DNA from: an uncultured delta proteobacterium
Lineage (GTDB): Bacteria > Desulfobacterota > WTBG01 > CAIYCZ01 > CAIRTM01
Direction: 5' to 3'
Length of the DNA: 64,000 nt
Assembly (NCBI GenBank): GCA_963804955.1
Contig: CAWDSQ010000016.1
Location: 96,001 to 160,000 of the forward strand
This document shows, one piece after another, positions 53,715 to 64,000 of this stretch (positions are counted from its first letter, which is position 1; every line of letters starts with the position of its first letter). The notes under the pieces are model-generated. The model saw only the letters and a program-made list of their open reading frames with translations. It ran no database searches and was not told the origin of the DNA. A program made the translations under genes and the position numbers.

Positions 53715-54362
53715 ATGAGAATTATCCTGTTAGGCCCCCCCGGCGCCGGCAAAGGAACCGTGGCTAACCAGCTGAAGGCCACTGATGGCTCCGTGCACAT
53801 TTCCACGGGCGACATTCTGCGCAATAATGTCAAGGCTGGCACAGACCTTGGCAAAAAGGCAAAAGAGTACATGGACAAGGGCGAGCTGGTGCCCGATCAG
53901 CTCATCATGGACATGATGGAAGTGAGGCTCCAGGAAGCCGACTGCGCCAAAGGCTTTATGCTTGACGGTTTCCCGCGCACCATTCCCCAGGCTGATGCCC
54001 TCGGCAAGCTGCTTGAGAAAATAAAAATAAAGCTCGATGCAGCCATCAACCTCGACATTCCACGCGAAGTGGTGCTGGATCGCCTGACCACGCGGCGCAC
54101 CTGCAACAACTCCGCCTGCCAGACCATTTACAATGTGAAGACCAACCCGCCCAAGGTCGAAGGAAAATGCGACAAGTGCGGCAGCCCGGTCATTCAGCGC
54201 AGCGATGAAACCGAAGAGGCCATACTCAACCGCCTTGAAGTCTACAACAAGCAGACTTCGCCCCTCATCGAGTATTATGCCAACAAGGGCATGCTCAAAA
54301 GCGCCTCCAAGCTCAAGCTCGACGAGCTCGTGCAGGAGGTTCTTGCAAGCCTGAAAAATTAA
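53715..54362 (+). CDS. adk: Adenylate kinase with zinc-type LID
   Basis: GPPGAGKGT, HISTGD, LDGFPRT, C..C..CDKC, QRSD. Confidence 0.97.
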   Translation: MRIILLGPPGAGKGTVANQLKATDGSVHISTGDILRNNVKAGTDLGKKAKEYMDKGELVPDQLIMDMMEVRLQEADCAKGFMLDGFPRTIPQADALGKLLEKIKIKLDAAINLDIPREVVLDRLTTRRTCNNSACQTIYNVKTNPPKVEGKCDKCGSPVIQRSDETEEAILNRLEVYNKQTSPLIEYYANKGMLKSASKLKLDELVQEVLASLKN

Positions 54363-54390
54363 GTGTAGTCTTCGGGCATGACGACACGAT

Positions 54391-56244
54391 ATGCCCAACA
54401 AACAGACACCGGCTGAAAAGGCCGCAGAGCTACCGACGAACCCTGGCGTGTACCTGATGAAGGACCGCCAGGGTTCTGTTATTTATGTGGGCAAGGCAAA
54501 GGCGCTGCGCAGCCGCGTGCGCTCTTATTTCCAGCGCCCGCAGGAGGCTACGACCAAGACCCGCTTTATGGTTTCAAAAATAGCCGATATTGAAACCATC
54601 GTCACCTCCACGGAAAAAGACGCCCTCATTCTTGAAAACAATCTCATTAAAAAGTACCGCCCCCGCTACAATGTCGTCTTTCGCGACGACAAGGAATACC
54701 CCTACCTGCGCCTGGCCGCGGGCGAACTGTACCCCAACCTTACCATCGTGCGCAGAACCCGGAAAGACGGCTCAACCTATTTCGGCCCTTTTGCCTCGGT
54801 GCAGGCCTTGCGGGAAACCTTAAAGGCGATCAATGCTGATATTTCCCCTGCGTAAGTGCTCGGGCAAGCGGTTTGAAAAAAAGCGGCCCTGCATCTATCA
54901 TCAGCTCGGGCAGTGCCCGGCGCCGTGCTGCTGCATGGTTGAGCCGGCGCAGTACCAGAAAACGGTCATGGACGTGAAGCTCTTTCTGCAGGGCAGAAGC
55001 ACCGAGGTGCTTGACGGCCTGCGAAAACGCATGGATGAGGCAGCCGGCAGAGCTCAACTTCGAGCTTGCCGCGCAGCTGCGGGACCGCATCACGGCCATT
55101 GAAACCACGCTTGAGAAAACCACGCTGGTGAATCTCGACCTCATCGACCGCGACGTATTTGCGTTCTGGCGCGAGGATACTCAGCTGGCCGTAGCGATTC
55201 TGTTTGTTCGCAATGGCCGCATGATGGGCAGCCGTACCGTGCTGCTGCGAAAAATTCAGATAGAAGATGACGAGGCCATCTCTTCCTTTATCTCCCAGTA
55301 CTACGCGGCAGGGGAATACATCCCTCAGGAGGTTGATCGCGCCTCTGCCGTTTGAAGAAATGGATGTGTTGGAGGACTTCCTGCGCGAACAGAAAGGCGG
55401 GCCGGTAACGCTTACCTGGCCGCAGCGGGGCCCGAAAATGGACTTGCTGCGCATGGCAACGCAGAATGCGGAGATCTTCTTTAAGCGCAACCGCGAGATT
55501 GAGCAAAAAGACGAAAACCTTTTAAAAGATTTACAGGAGCGGCTCCATTTGTGCAGGTATCCTGCCCGCATCTGCTGTTTTGATATTTCAAATATCCAGG
55601 GAACCTCGGCCGTTGGCTCCATGGTCTATTTCGAGGACGGCAGGTCTGTCAAAGACGGCTACCGCCGCTTTCGAATCAAAAGCGTGCATCAGCCCGATGA
55701 CTATGCCATGATGCATGAGGTGCTCACTCGCTATCTTGCACAGGCAAAAGAGCTTGAAAGCCTGCCCGATCTCATCATGGTCGACGGCGGCAAGGGGCAG
55801 CTGAATGTGCTGGGTCAGGCTTTCATCGATACCGGCGTCACCTCTGTCGATGCCGTTGCACTTGCCAAGGGACGCCTTGATGAAAAAACTAATGAAAAAG
55901 AAGAAGATAAGGTCTTTCTCCCCCATCGCAAAAACCCTGTGGTCTTTCCCAAACAGTCGCAGACGCTCTATCTGCTGCAGCGCATCCGCGATGAGGCACA
56001 CCGCTTTGCCATCGCCTATCACAGGGCTCTGAAGAAGAAAAAGGACTTCACCTCGGCCCTTGAAGCCGTGCCGGGCCTTGGCGCAAAAACCAGCCGCGGG
56101 GTCTTAAAACATTTCGGGAGCATCGAGGCAGCCCGCCAGGCCGGGTTGGAGCAGCTTATTGAAGTGCCGGGCATGACCCGGCCACGGGCAGAAGCGCTGT
56201 TTGATTTTTTTAAAAAAAATTTAATTGATGAAAAACCGCTTTGA
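54391..56244 (+). CDS. uvrC: Excinuclease ABC subunit C; frameshifted
   Basis: PGVYLM..IYVGKAK, C.FDIS, DDYAMM, DGGKGQ, RDEAHRFA, HhH PGLG. Confidence 0.93.
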
Positions 56245-56600
56245 GATGGGCTGGCAGCGTCCCGGAAAACAATCAGACATACGCTTTAAAAAGGCGCCGG
56301 TCTGCAATGCCGTTTATAGCGGCGTTGTGTCAGCAGTACGGATTTTTTGTGCGCACCTCGATCGCTTCACAGCAAAGGCTCGAAAAATTAAGCCCCTGCT
56401 CACAAAGGACCCCTTCTATAACCTCCGTTGTTTTCTCTGTGTACCGCCCCAGCAATCGCTCTGTGCAATCAGAAACAAGCTATAAAAACAGCCCTGCGGA
56501 CTGCGACAGGGTTTGTTGGTATCTTCCTTGACATTCCCCGGTTTTAAATCTTATATATACAGTTGTAAACAGAGTGTCCTTTTATTTTCAAATTGATACT

Positions 56601-57167
56601 ATGACGGCCGGTCAAATAATAATGGTCTGGATATCTGCGGCTTGCGTCGTGATTCTCCTTGGAGGATTTGCCTGGTTTCGACTGCGCGGGCACACAACCG
56701 GAAAGGGAAATACCGGCAAGCAGCGCCAACAAGCCTGCGATGCACCTGAAAAAATCCGGGCTTTCCTGATCCCCCTGACCGATAAAGCGTGGCGGGCCTC
56801 TTTGGAAAAGAATATCCCGATCAGGCAGTATCCTTTCCGGGTGGGGCGGGAGTGCCGTATGCACATTGAAGACGGCAACCAGGTCTCAGCCGAGCGCCGC
56901 AGGACAGGAGCAGCCCCGAACAATGATCTGTACCTGCAGGACAGCGCGGAAAAAATGCAAATATCAAGGGAGCATTTCCAGATCGAGCAGCGGGCGGACG
57001 GCGGCTTCGAACTCGTCGATCGCGGCAGCGCCTGCGGAACGCGTGTCGGCAAAAGGACTATTCCCGGCGGCGACAGGGGCGGCAGGTGCGAACTCAAGCA
57101 TGGTGATACCATAGCCATCGGCTTAAATGCATCGCCCTATGTATTCCGTTTTGTTGTGCAGGACTGA
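56601..57167 (+). CDS. Membrane-anchored FHA-domain protein
   Basis: N-terminal TM; FRVGR, ISREH, DRGSACGT, LKHGDTIAIG. Confidence 0.8.
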   Translation: MTAGQIIMVWISAACVVILLGGFAWFRLRGHTTGKGNTGKQRQQACDAPEKIRAFLIPLTDKAWRASLEKNIPIRQYPFRVGRECRMHIEDGNQVSAERRRTGAAPNNDLYLQDSAEKMQISREHFQIEQRADGGFELVDRGSACGTRVGKRTIPGGDRGGRCELKHGDTIAIGLNASPYVFRFVVQD

Positions 57168-57322
57168 TATTCCGTCAAAAGGTGAAGCCCGACGCATCTT
57201 CCTGCAGGACGTATTCAGTCTGCTGCCGGCAGAGCACTACTCCTGCAGTATCTCGATGATTTTTTTGAGCGGTTTTTCGTTGAATAAAAAATTTCAGGAG
57301 CCAACAACTAAGGAGAACCCTC

Positions 57323-57871
57323 ATGCCAAAAATAATCCAGCACCCGGTTCCGGATTTTGTGAAGCCGTACTTCAAGGCCGCCGGTATCAAAATCAAAAAG
57401 CACGCAACGGTCGCGGCCTTTGAAAAGGATCTGAAAAAATTTCTGGCGCGCAATCACGTTCTTCATCTCGGCACCTGCAAGGGCAGGGTGCCCCGCGTAA
57501 CGCCCCTTGAATACCGGCTCAATGGACTGACTTTCTTCATTCTTTCCGAGGGCGGCGGCAAATTCGCCAATCTTAAAGAGAACAGACGGGTCTCTTTCGG
57601 CATTGCCGAGCCCTATGACTCGCAGGCTGATTTTTTCAGCAACAAGGGCGTTCAGGCCTGGGGCACGGCGGCCGTGTACAGCCTGCGGGATGAACCGGCA
57701 AAATTTCGCACCGCTCTCGCGATGATGAATGCGGCAAGGGGATACCACAAAATTGAAATAAAGAACCTTCTGCCGCAGTTTAACTATCGCATTATTGAAA
57801 TTGCTCCCGACAAGATCAAGTACGGCAATCCCCGGGAGGGAGTGTTTCAGATTACCTGGGCAAAAAAATAG
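57323..57871 (+). CDS. Pyridoxamine-5'-phosphate-oxidase-like protein
   Basis: LGTC..PRVTPLEY..KFANLKENRRVS..IEIAPDKI. Confidence 0.75.
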   Translation: MPKIIQHPVPDFVKPYFKAAGIKIKKHATVAAFEKDLKKFLARNHVLHLGTCKGRVPRVTPLEYRLNGLTFFILSEGGGKFANLKENRRVSFGIAEPYDSQADFFSNKGVQAWGTAAVYSLRDEPAKFRTALAMMNAARGYHKIEIKNLLPQFNYRIIEIAPDKIKYGNPREGVFQITWAKK

Positions 57872-57920
57872 CTTTGGCGCCCTGCATAGCATGAGTGGCT
57901 GCTGTCGTATCAGGGTAGCC

Positions 57921-58286
57921 CTAGAAAATAATCTTCTTCTGATCCTGCTGGCCAGGCACCACAATACGCGAGGCGGCCTCCCGCTGCATGCGTTTTGCCT
58001 CTTCGATCAGCTCCTCGACAGCCTTATTGACTGCCGCGGGAAATACTGCTATGGCCTCGTTAAGATTATTCGCTTCAAGCATGCACTGGATCGGCAGCGG
58101 GCCTCCCCCCGACATAATCTGCGTCTGGCCCATGTACACGGCCGTGCGGCTCGTATCTTCTGATCCGTCCGGCTTGATCGGAATAAAACGTTTGATCGTT
58201 CCTGCATGCAGGTCGGTAAATGTTTCTTCCCGGTACAGGCCGTTTTTATCAATGCTTACATCAAGAAGCGGTTTCTGGTCAGTCAT
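57921..58286 (-). CDS. Conserved hypothetical protein
   Basis: SD AGGAG; LYREETFTD..G.I..P..PDGS.D..R; C-terminal SRIVVPG. Confidence 0.7.
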   Translation of the reverse strand: MTDQKPLLDVSIDKNGLYREETFTDLHAGTIKRFIPIKPDGSEDTSRTAVYMGQTQIMSGGGPLPIQCMLEANNLNEAIAVFPAAVNKAVEELIEEAKRMQREAASRIVVPGQQDQKKIIF

Positions 58287-58519
58287 GCTCGGGTCTCCTT
58301 ATTGGTAAGTGCTCATGTTGCCGGTTTATATGTATCTGGCGCGTATGGTATACTATGTACCAAATTATGAACAAAAAATCTAACCTCTATTTTGTTCAAA
58401 CAATGCTGCATAGTGGTCAAAAAGCTGCTCATCCTCTGGCCGACCGGCAGCTGCAGACAGGGGAGCGCGTGTAGAAATGGCCGTTCGAAATTAAAAATGC
58501 ACCAGCAAAGGAGCTTTTT

Positions 58520-58892
58520 ATGAAATACTGTGTTTTTTTGCTGGCAGCCGTGATCGTGCTGACCAGCGGCTGTATCCGCATGAAAGCAGGGTTCTATCCG
58601 GAGTCGTACAAGGCTGATTTCCAGGGCTGGTTTAAGGGCTATGCAAGCTACAAAGAGATGCCCAAATGGGACGGCACCTTTTTGAAAATCGCCACTTTTG
58701 ATGATAGCGAGAGGCCGGGAGAGCTGCTGACCCTGGACATACCGTTTCTTGCCGGTGTGGGTATCGGTCCCATAGGCGCGCAGGATTCGCATTCTGCCTT
58801 TTGCCTTGGGCGTGGGAACCATAGCCTATGACCCAAAGCCTCATTGTGGCCGGGCTGAAAAAAAAGAGCTTAAAAAAGAACAAAAAAAATAA
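58520..58892 (+). CDS. Putative lipoprotein; 3' frameshift
   Basis: SD AAGGAG; lipobox LTSG-C. Confidence 0.6.
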
Positions 58893-58969
58893 ATCCGCGC
58901 TCTGAACTGTTACTGAGCCCGCGGAAGCAAGCTGCGGGCCCATATTTTCCATTTGAAAAGGTATGCGCT

Positions 58970-59404
58970 TTGCCAGATATGCTCCACATACTCTGTCCGG
59001 CCTGCGATATCGCAAACCGGGCGCCCGCCGACAGGCCGATTGTAAAAGGCAGCTGCGGCAAATGCCACAGGCCGCTTTTTACCGGTATGCCGCTGGAGCT
59101 GAATGCCGCGCGGTTTCTGCGGCACCTGCATGAAAGCGGCATTCCGCTGCTGGTTGATTTCTGGGCTTCCTGGTGCGGACCCTGCAAAATGATGGCGCCC
59201 GTATTCGCGCAGGCAGCGCGCAAGCTTGAGCCTCAGGTGCGCCTTGCAAAGGTGGATACCGAGGCAGAGCAGGCTCTTTCCGCAAGCTTTGGCATCTCGG
59301 CCATCCCGACGCTTATACTTTTCAGCAATGGTGTTGAAATTGCACGGCAGTCAGGAGCCCTCGACCTGCCGCGCCTGCTGACCTGGACAAGACTGCATGT
59401 CTGA
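58970..59404 (+). CDS. trxC: Thioredoxin 2
   Basis: CPAC..CGKC zinc domain; DFWASWCGPC. Confidence 0.93.
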   Translation: MPDMLHILCPACDIANRAPADRPIVKGSCGKCHRPLFTGMPLELNAARFLRHLHESGIPLLVDFWASWCGPCKMMAPVFAQAARKLEPQVRLAKVDTEAEQALSASFGISAIPTLILFSNGVEIARQSGALDLPRLLTWTRLHV

Positions 59405-59516
59405 TCCTTCCTCCTGATGCTCGTGTTTGGCAGATTTTTGAAATAGCCCTCGGTTGAAAAAGATGGGGCTGGCCGTGCAGGGTTTTCTCAGGAGCTTCAG
59501 GCGGGATGCTCTCGCG

Positions 59517-59855
59517 TTACGTTTCTAAATTTAATCTGGCAAACAACTCTTCCGGCAGCAGAGAAATAAAATGAATGCCGCCGATAAGGCTGTCTCCGTG
59601 TTTATATATTGTTTTCACTTCACCCTTGAGGCTCAACTGCTCAAGTGTTTTTGGCACAAACAGCTCCAGAAAAACCTGAGCTCCTATGGTAAGCAGCTCA
59701 TTCAGGGGGAACAGCACCCCCGCACCGCTGCGGCTCAGATTAATAATAGTTCCCTCCTTGTATCGCGTGCTTTCACCCTTTATGAAATATTGAACCGGGA
59801 TCTGAACGGTTTCCCTGCTCCATTTTCGCCGATTGACTTTAAGATCATTCAACAT
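59517..59855 (-). CDS. PilZ-domain protein
   Basis: RKWSR (RxxxR), NLSRSG ([D/N]xSxxG). Confidence 0.85.
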   Translation of the reverse strand: MLNDLKVNRRKWSRETVQIPVQYFIKGESTRYKEGTIINLSRSGAGVLFPLNELLTIGAQVFLELFVPKTLEQLSLKGEVKTIYKHGDSLIGGIHFISLLPEELFARLNLET

Positions 59856-60289
59856 TTCTCAAACCTCAATAATAAAAATCCCTTCTCGGCTTATCGGACA
59901 AATATCGACCGGCTTTAGTCCAAAATCGCATGGCTCTACCCGGCTCCCGATGAGCTCAGACCCGGCTCCTTATAAATGAATTATACCCGGGGTATTGTGC
60001 CGATAACTCCCGATATCACCAGGAAACCGTATAACGGGGCTGGGGCTCATGCTGTCGCCGATCAAAGAAGGAACACGGCCATACTTCAAAGCAGGAGGAC
60101 CGGGGTTCCCTCGGGGCTGTGTTTCTTGACTTTATGCAGCGGCAGTGATACCCGCAGCCAGACTCAGCGCGAAACCAGCCTGTTTCTTACGGGGCAAGCA
60201 GAGAGTCTTTTCGAATAAAAATAATAGGGGGGTGCGTACGGCCTTTTTTTGCTGGTGAGTTGGAGACAGGGTAATCCTTTGTTCTTTTT

Positions 60290-60622
60290 CTAAGCGAGCT
60301 TGGCAAACATTTCTTCGGGCAACAGAGATACAAATTCAACACCGCCAACCAAACCGTCATGTCTTGTGTTTTTATTTTTGAGCTCTCCCCTGACTGTCAC
60401 CTGCTCGAAAGTTTTGGGTACAATAAGCTCGAAAAAAACAGAGGATTTTGCTTTGAGCTGCTCGCTCACCGGGAACAGCACTCCGGCTCCGCTGCGGCTG
60501 AGATTTATAATAGTGCAATCCATATACCGTGAACTTTGCCCCTTGATGAAATACTGAGCAGGTAATTGCACAGCTGCCCTGTGCCATTTCCGTGGGTTAA
60601 AATTAAATCTTGTGTCCAGCAT
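60290..60622 (-). CDS. PilZ-domain protein (paralog of 59517-59855)
   Basis: RKWHR, NLSRSG. Confidence 0.85.
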   Translation of the reverse strand: MLDTRFNFNPRKWHRAAVQLPAQYFIKGQSSRYMDCTIINLSRSGAGVLFPVSEQLKAKSSVFFELIVPKTFEQVTVRGELKNKNTRHDGLVGGVEFVSLLPEEMFAKLA

Positions 60623-60841
60623 GCATCAAGTCCCCATGATAAAAATTAGCCCTGTTAATAAATTTTTTTTTCGGCTCTACTCCAATCGTAATTTAATTAT
60701 AACCAATGGATAATAAAAAATAAAGGTCTTAATAATTTTAGCACTAAACAATTATACCATAGCCGGGAACACTCATAAAAAAACACCTCAAAAATGTCTT
60801 ATTTTGAATGCTTAATAAACCCTGTTCCTGGCAAACAAGGG

Positions 60842-61699
60842 CTACGAGGTCCTTTTTCCTATTCGAAACTTATTTTGAGCAAATTTGACTATCCGCTTAA
60901 GCAGCTTCAAGAATCTTTGTACCGGTCTTAGCATCGTGGACCGGACAAATGCGTTGACGGCTGCACGTGTTTTAATTTTTCGAATTATCCCCTGTTGCTT
61001 ATTCACTTCCTCCGAAGTAAATGCATGTTTACATGCTTTTAGTATCAGAACAAATTCGATGGCGGTAAGGGGGGTGTTTTTATAATCGACAACAGAGTAT
61101 TGAACACCCTGGCTGTCCTTCATATAGCTGACAATGTCCAGAATATCATCGATGGTCCACACGTGATTATGAACGCAATACCCTTTGCGGATTTGATTAT
61201 CGACCCAGGCATTCCATTGAGGTGATTTTTCCGGCAATTTTTCTACATACGTTGCCCATTCATATAAATGTTTTAGGTTGCGCTGCTGTTCGGGCACAAC
61301 ACTTTGATGGTCTTCAATAAGGTGTGCGAGCAGTGTCCTTGGTCTGCCGTGATCAAACGTATACCGTTTGTCAGGAAGTGTAAGAAATAGAATGCCGCTG
61401 TTTTTAAGTATTCGATGCCATTCACCAAGGGCTCGAATTGGATCAGTAACATGTTCAAGCACATGATTGGCGACAACAAAATCAAAAGTATTCGTTGGCG
61501 TGTCCGGATATTCTTCGCTGTTGCTGATAATGTCCGGATATTTAGATCCCGGATAGGAACGGTCAAGCTGTTCAGGGGTTAGAATATCCGAATAGATTGC
61601 CTTTGCGTTTTTTGGTAAAGGCAGAGGATTATTGAGCGCACCAATTTCCAGGCCAAACCCATTAAGATACCGGGTAAAAAGCAAGCGGTGATTGATCAT
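60842..61699 (-). CDS. SAM-dependent methyltransferase (type 11), AT-rich
   Basis: GLEIGA, FDFVVANHVLEH, EWHRILK..G, LPDKRYTFD. Confidence 0.8.
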   Translation of the reverse strand: MINHRLLFTRYLNGFGLEIGALNNPLPLPKNAKAIYSDILTPEQLDRSYPGSKYPDIISNSEEYPDTPTNTFDFVVANHVLEHVTDPIRALGEWHRILKNSGILFLTLPDKRYTFDHGRPRTLLAHLIEDHQSVVPEQQRNLKHLYEWATYVEKLPEKSPQWNAWVDNQIRKGYCVHNHVWTIDDILDIVSYMKDSQGVQYSVVDYKNTPLTAIEFVLILKACKHAFTSEEVNKQQGIIRKIKTRAAVNAFVRSTMLRPVQRFLKLLKRIVKFAQNKFRIGKRTS

Positions 61700-61732
61700 T
61701 TTTTTAATAAAAAGCGGTTTTTTAGTAAAAGA

Positions 61733-61761
61733 AGTATAACTATGGGGCGATAGCGTGTCAA
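61733..61761 (-). promoter_or_regulatory. Near-consensus sigma70 promoter
   Basis: TTGACA-N17-TATACT. Confidence 0.7.
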
Positions 61762-61884
61762 GGAATAACCTGCCGCAGGCAGAATATGACGTGGCCGAGG
61801 GGAATCTGACCCTGGAAACGGCTGTCAGATTTGCCATGTCCGGAAAAGCTGCGCCCCGGCGTTCAGGGCCGAGGGAAGAAATCT

Positions 61885-62532
61885 TTATGCCGGTTGGGCT
61901 GAGGGGGCGCTTTTCAGGCAGATGCCCTGTACGACCTCGTGCACCATAGCGGTAATAACCTCGACATCATCATTAATCTGGCCGGTGAGGAGCCGGTACC
62001 AGCTGTAGCCGAACAGAATATCAACCACCGTCTCGAGCTGGATGCCGGGGCGCAGCTCGCCGCGGTCGGCGGCGCGCTGCAGAGCAAAAAGAAGCCGCCG
62101 CCTCCGTTCGGGAAGAAATCGCAACCGCCAATGCTCGAATGCCTCAGGATCGCCCTGAAGTTCGGCTATCATCGACTTAAAGGCCTGCCCGCTGGGGGTC
62201 TCGCGCCATAGTTTCCATATGGCGCGGGTGAGAAAAATAATTTCCTGCTCGATATTGCCGAAATCGGGAACCACTATCATCTTTTCGACATCACCGCCGT
62301 AGATATCAAGCAGCAGAAGCATTTTGCTTGACCACCACCGGTATATGGTGCTTTTTGATGCCCCCGAGCGGCGCGCAACCTCCTCGATCGTGAAATTAGC
62401 ATAGCCCTTTTCCTGCAGGAGCGACGAAGCCGCATCAAGAATAGCTTTGCTGGTTTCGGCATTGCGCCTGCAGCCGGTTGATTTCTTGGCCTTGTCCTGC
62501 CCGGGTCTTTTTGTCTCTGGATCCTTCTGCAT
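61885..62532 (-). CDS. TetR-family regulator
   Basis: AILDAA..GY..FTIEEVARRSGASKSTIYRWW.SK. Confidence 0.92.
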   Translation of the reverse strand: MQKDPETKRPGQDKAKKSTGCRRNAETSKAILDAASSLLQEKGYANFTIEEVARRSGASKSTIYRWWSSKMLLLLDIYGGDVEKMIVVPDFGNIEQEIIFLTRAIWKLWRETPSGQAFKSMIAELQGDPEAFEHWRLRFLPERRRRLLFALQRAADRGELRPGIQLETVVDILFGYSWYRLLTGQINDDVEVITAMVHEVVQGICLKSAPSAQPA

Positions 62533-62567
62533 AGTTTCCCTTTTGCGGCATAGCCGCAACGTGTCAT

Positions 62568-63992
62568 TTAGTACAGACGGGCTTCATCGGTATTGTCCCG
62601 CCAGCCGCCGCCCAGGGTCCTGCACAGGGCAAGGACCGAGTCAAGCTGGCCCTGGCGTGCAGCCGAAAGTACAAACTCGGCCTCAAGCGATCGGCGCTGG
62701 ATATCAAGCACATCGATAATGCTGATATACCCGCGGGCATGCTGCTTCCGGGAAAGCTCGAAGCTCCGGCGCATGGCCCGTACTCGCTCAATGGATGCCG
62801 CAAGCACCTGCGAAGTTTTAGTTCCGGAAACAAGGGCGTCGCGGGTTTCCCTGAACGCGCTCTGCACCGTTTGCTCATAGTGCGCAAGCATCTGCTCCTG
62901 GCGGGCCCTGGCAGCCTTTTCCCGGGCAAACAATTTGCCGCCTTCAAAAATGGGCTGGGATAGCCCAGCCGCTATATGCCAGACATTGGCGCCGCCCGCG
63001 AACAGATCCTGCAGCTCGGAGCTTGCAAACCCGTACTGGCCGGTGAGCGTAATCGACGGAAAAAATGCCGCCCGCGCAGCGCCGATGCGGGCATTGGCCG
63101 CTATCAGCATTTCTTCATCGCGGCGTATATCGGGTCTGCGGGCGAGAAGGTCGGAAGGTATGTTTTCAGGAATGAGCGGAAACGTATTCAGCTCTTCAAG
63201 CGTTTTACCCTCTTCGGTAAAGCCCTGCACGATTCCGCGCGGGCTGCGCCCGAGCAGCATGGCAAGCGCGGTTTCGGCCTTTGACTGTTCATTTTCCCGC
63301 TGATACAGCAGGGCTTCGGTCGCAAGCCGGTCTGCTTCTATCCGGCGCAGGTCAAGCTCCTGCGTATAGCCCCAGCGGTACCGTTTGCGATAGATCTCGC
63401 AGGTTTTATCATAGGTGGCGAGCTGGTCCCGGGCTATGCGCGTCTGGGCCTGCAGCGTGCGCAGGCGGAAATACATGGCCGCCACATCCGCCGTGAGAGA
63501 CAGCTGCACCGCATCGCGGCCGGCCGCGGTCGCCAGCAGCTCTGCGCGCGCCGCTTCATCAAGGCGGCGATATTTGCCCCACAGGTCAAGTTCAAATGAT
63601 GCAAAGCCGAGCGCGTCATAGGATTCATACATTCTGCTTTCACCCTGCGGCGTGCCGTCCTTTGTCGAGCGGCCCCGCGCAGCATCGCCGCCAATCCCCG
63701 CAGCAGGAAGCCTGTCGGCAAAAGCAATGCGCGCAAGGGCGCGCGCTTCCTCGACCCGCGCCATGGCGATTTTCAGATCACGGTTACAGGCAAGCGCTTC
63801 AACCTCGATTCTGTCAAGCGTCGAGTCATTAAACAGCTTCCACCAGTTAATGGCGGTAAACGGAGCGCTCTGGGCTGTAGCATTATCTGGTGCAGCGGGC
63901 AGCACAAGCTCTGGCCGGATATAATCAGGGCCCATGGCGCAGCCTGCAAGCAGTAGGGGAATCAGCAGATAAAAAAGCCTGTAGCGCGGCAT
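62568..63992 (-). CDS. RND efflux outer-membrane lipoprotein (NodT/OprM family)
   Basis: Lipobox LAG-C, WW..F.D..L, FELDLWG, PSDLLARRPDIR, IGAARAAFFP, LGGGW. Confidence 0.93.
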   Translation of the reverse strand: MPRYRLFYLLIPLLLAGCAMGPDYIRPELVLPAAPDNATAQSAPFTAINWWKLFNDSTLDRIEVEALACNRDLKIAMARVEEARALARIAFADRLPAAGIGGDAARGRSTKDGTPQGESRMYESYDALGFASFELDLWGKYRRLDEAARAELLATAAGRDAVQLSLTADVAAMYFRLRTLQAQTRIARDQLATYDKTCEIYRKRYRWGYTQELDLRRIEADRLATEALLYQRENEQSKAETALAMLLGRSPRGIVQGFTEEGKTLEELNTFPLIPENIPSDLLARRPDIRRDEEMLIAANARIGAARAAFFPSITLTGQYGFASSELQDLFAGGANVWHIAAGLSQPIFEGGKLFAREKAARARQEQMLAHYEQTVQSAFRETRDALVSGTKTSQVLAASIERVRAMRRSFELSRKQHARGYISIIDVLDIQRRSLEAEFVLSAARQGQLDSVLALCRTLGGGWRDNTDEARLY

Positions 63993-64000
63993 ATCAGCCT

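Noticed and set aside
30..63924. Long antisense or alternative-frame ORFs (e.g. 30-719+, 4147-5001+, 32114-33016+, 50502-51314+, 52523-53461+)
   Set aside because: Shadows of well-supported opposite-strand genes in GC-rich DNA
1..64000. tRNA, rRNA, CRISPR array, prophage or programmed frameshifting
   Set aside because: No cloverleaf, spaced direct-repeat array or phage genes seen by eye; frameshifts are scattered with no shared slippery-site structure

Overview
GC-rich window, probably from an anaerobic Desulfobacterota/deltaproteobacterium-like genome (inferred from gene content). It has many 1-nt indels, densest at about 11-40 kb, most likely long-read assembly errors, so many genes are split across ORFs and their ends are approximate. 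(1) 1-38 kb is an almost entirely minus-strand Mo/W/Fe-S metallocofactor region. It holds a W-type aldehyde:ferredoxin oxidoreductase, NifS/IscU, and a greatly expanded Orange-protein (ORP)-like cluster (5 NifB/NifX proteins, 2 ferredoxin-ATPases, Mrp, OrpR-like sigma54 activator, DUF134 with a perfect 20-bp operator). It also holds a xanthine-dehydrogenase-family enzyme (FAD/2Fe-2S/Mo subunits) with a YqeB-MoxR-VWA-IscU-XdhC-YqeC-MocA maturation module, an ISNCY-transposase derivative lacking its DDE residues, and modABC. Both modABC and the Mo-enzyme operon are preceded by P3-less Moco/Tuco-type riboswitches with terminator/antiterminator platforms. (2) 38.5-49.7 kb has a GAF sigma54 activator and a tetrapyrrole cluster (hemA, ccsA-like, hemC, cobA-hemD, hemB, hemL, fused ahbAB, sirC/cysG-N) in which ahbD and ahbC are reduced by large in-frame deletions to translationally coupled mini-ORFs. 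(3) 49.7-64 kb has a porin, two MITE-like elements, long-form ndk, adk, uvrC, an FHA protein, trxC, tandem PilZ genes, a methyltransferase, TetR and an RND outer-membrane factor. No tRNA, rRNA or CRISPR array was seen.
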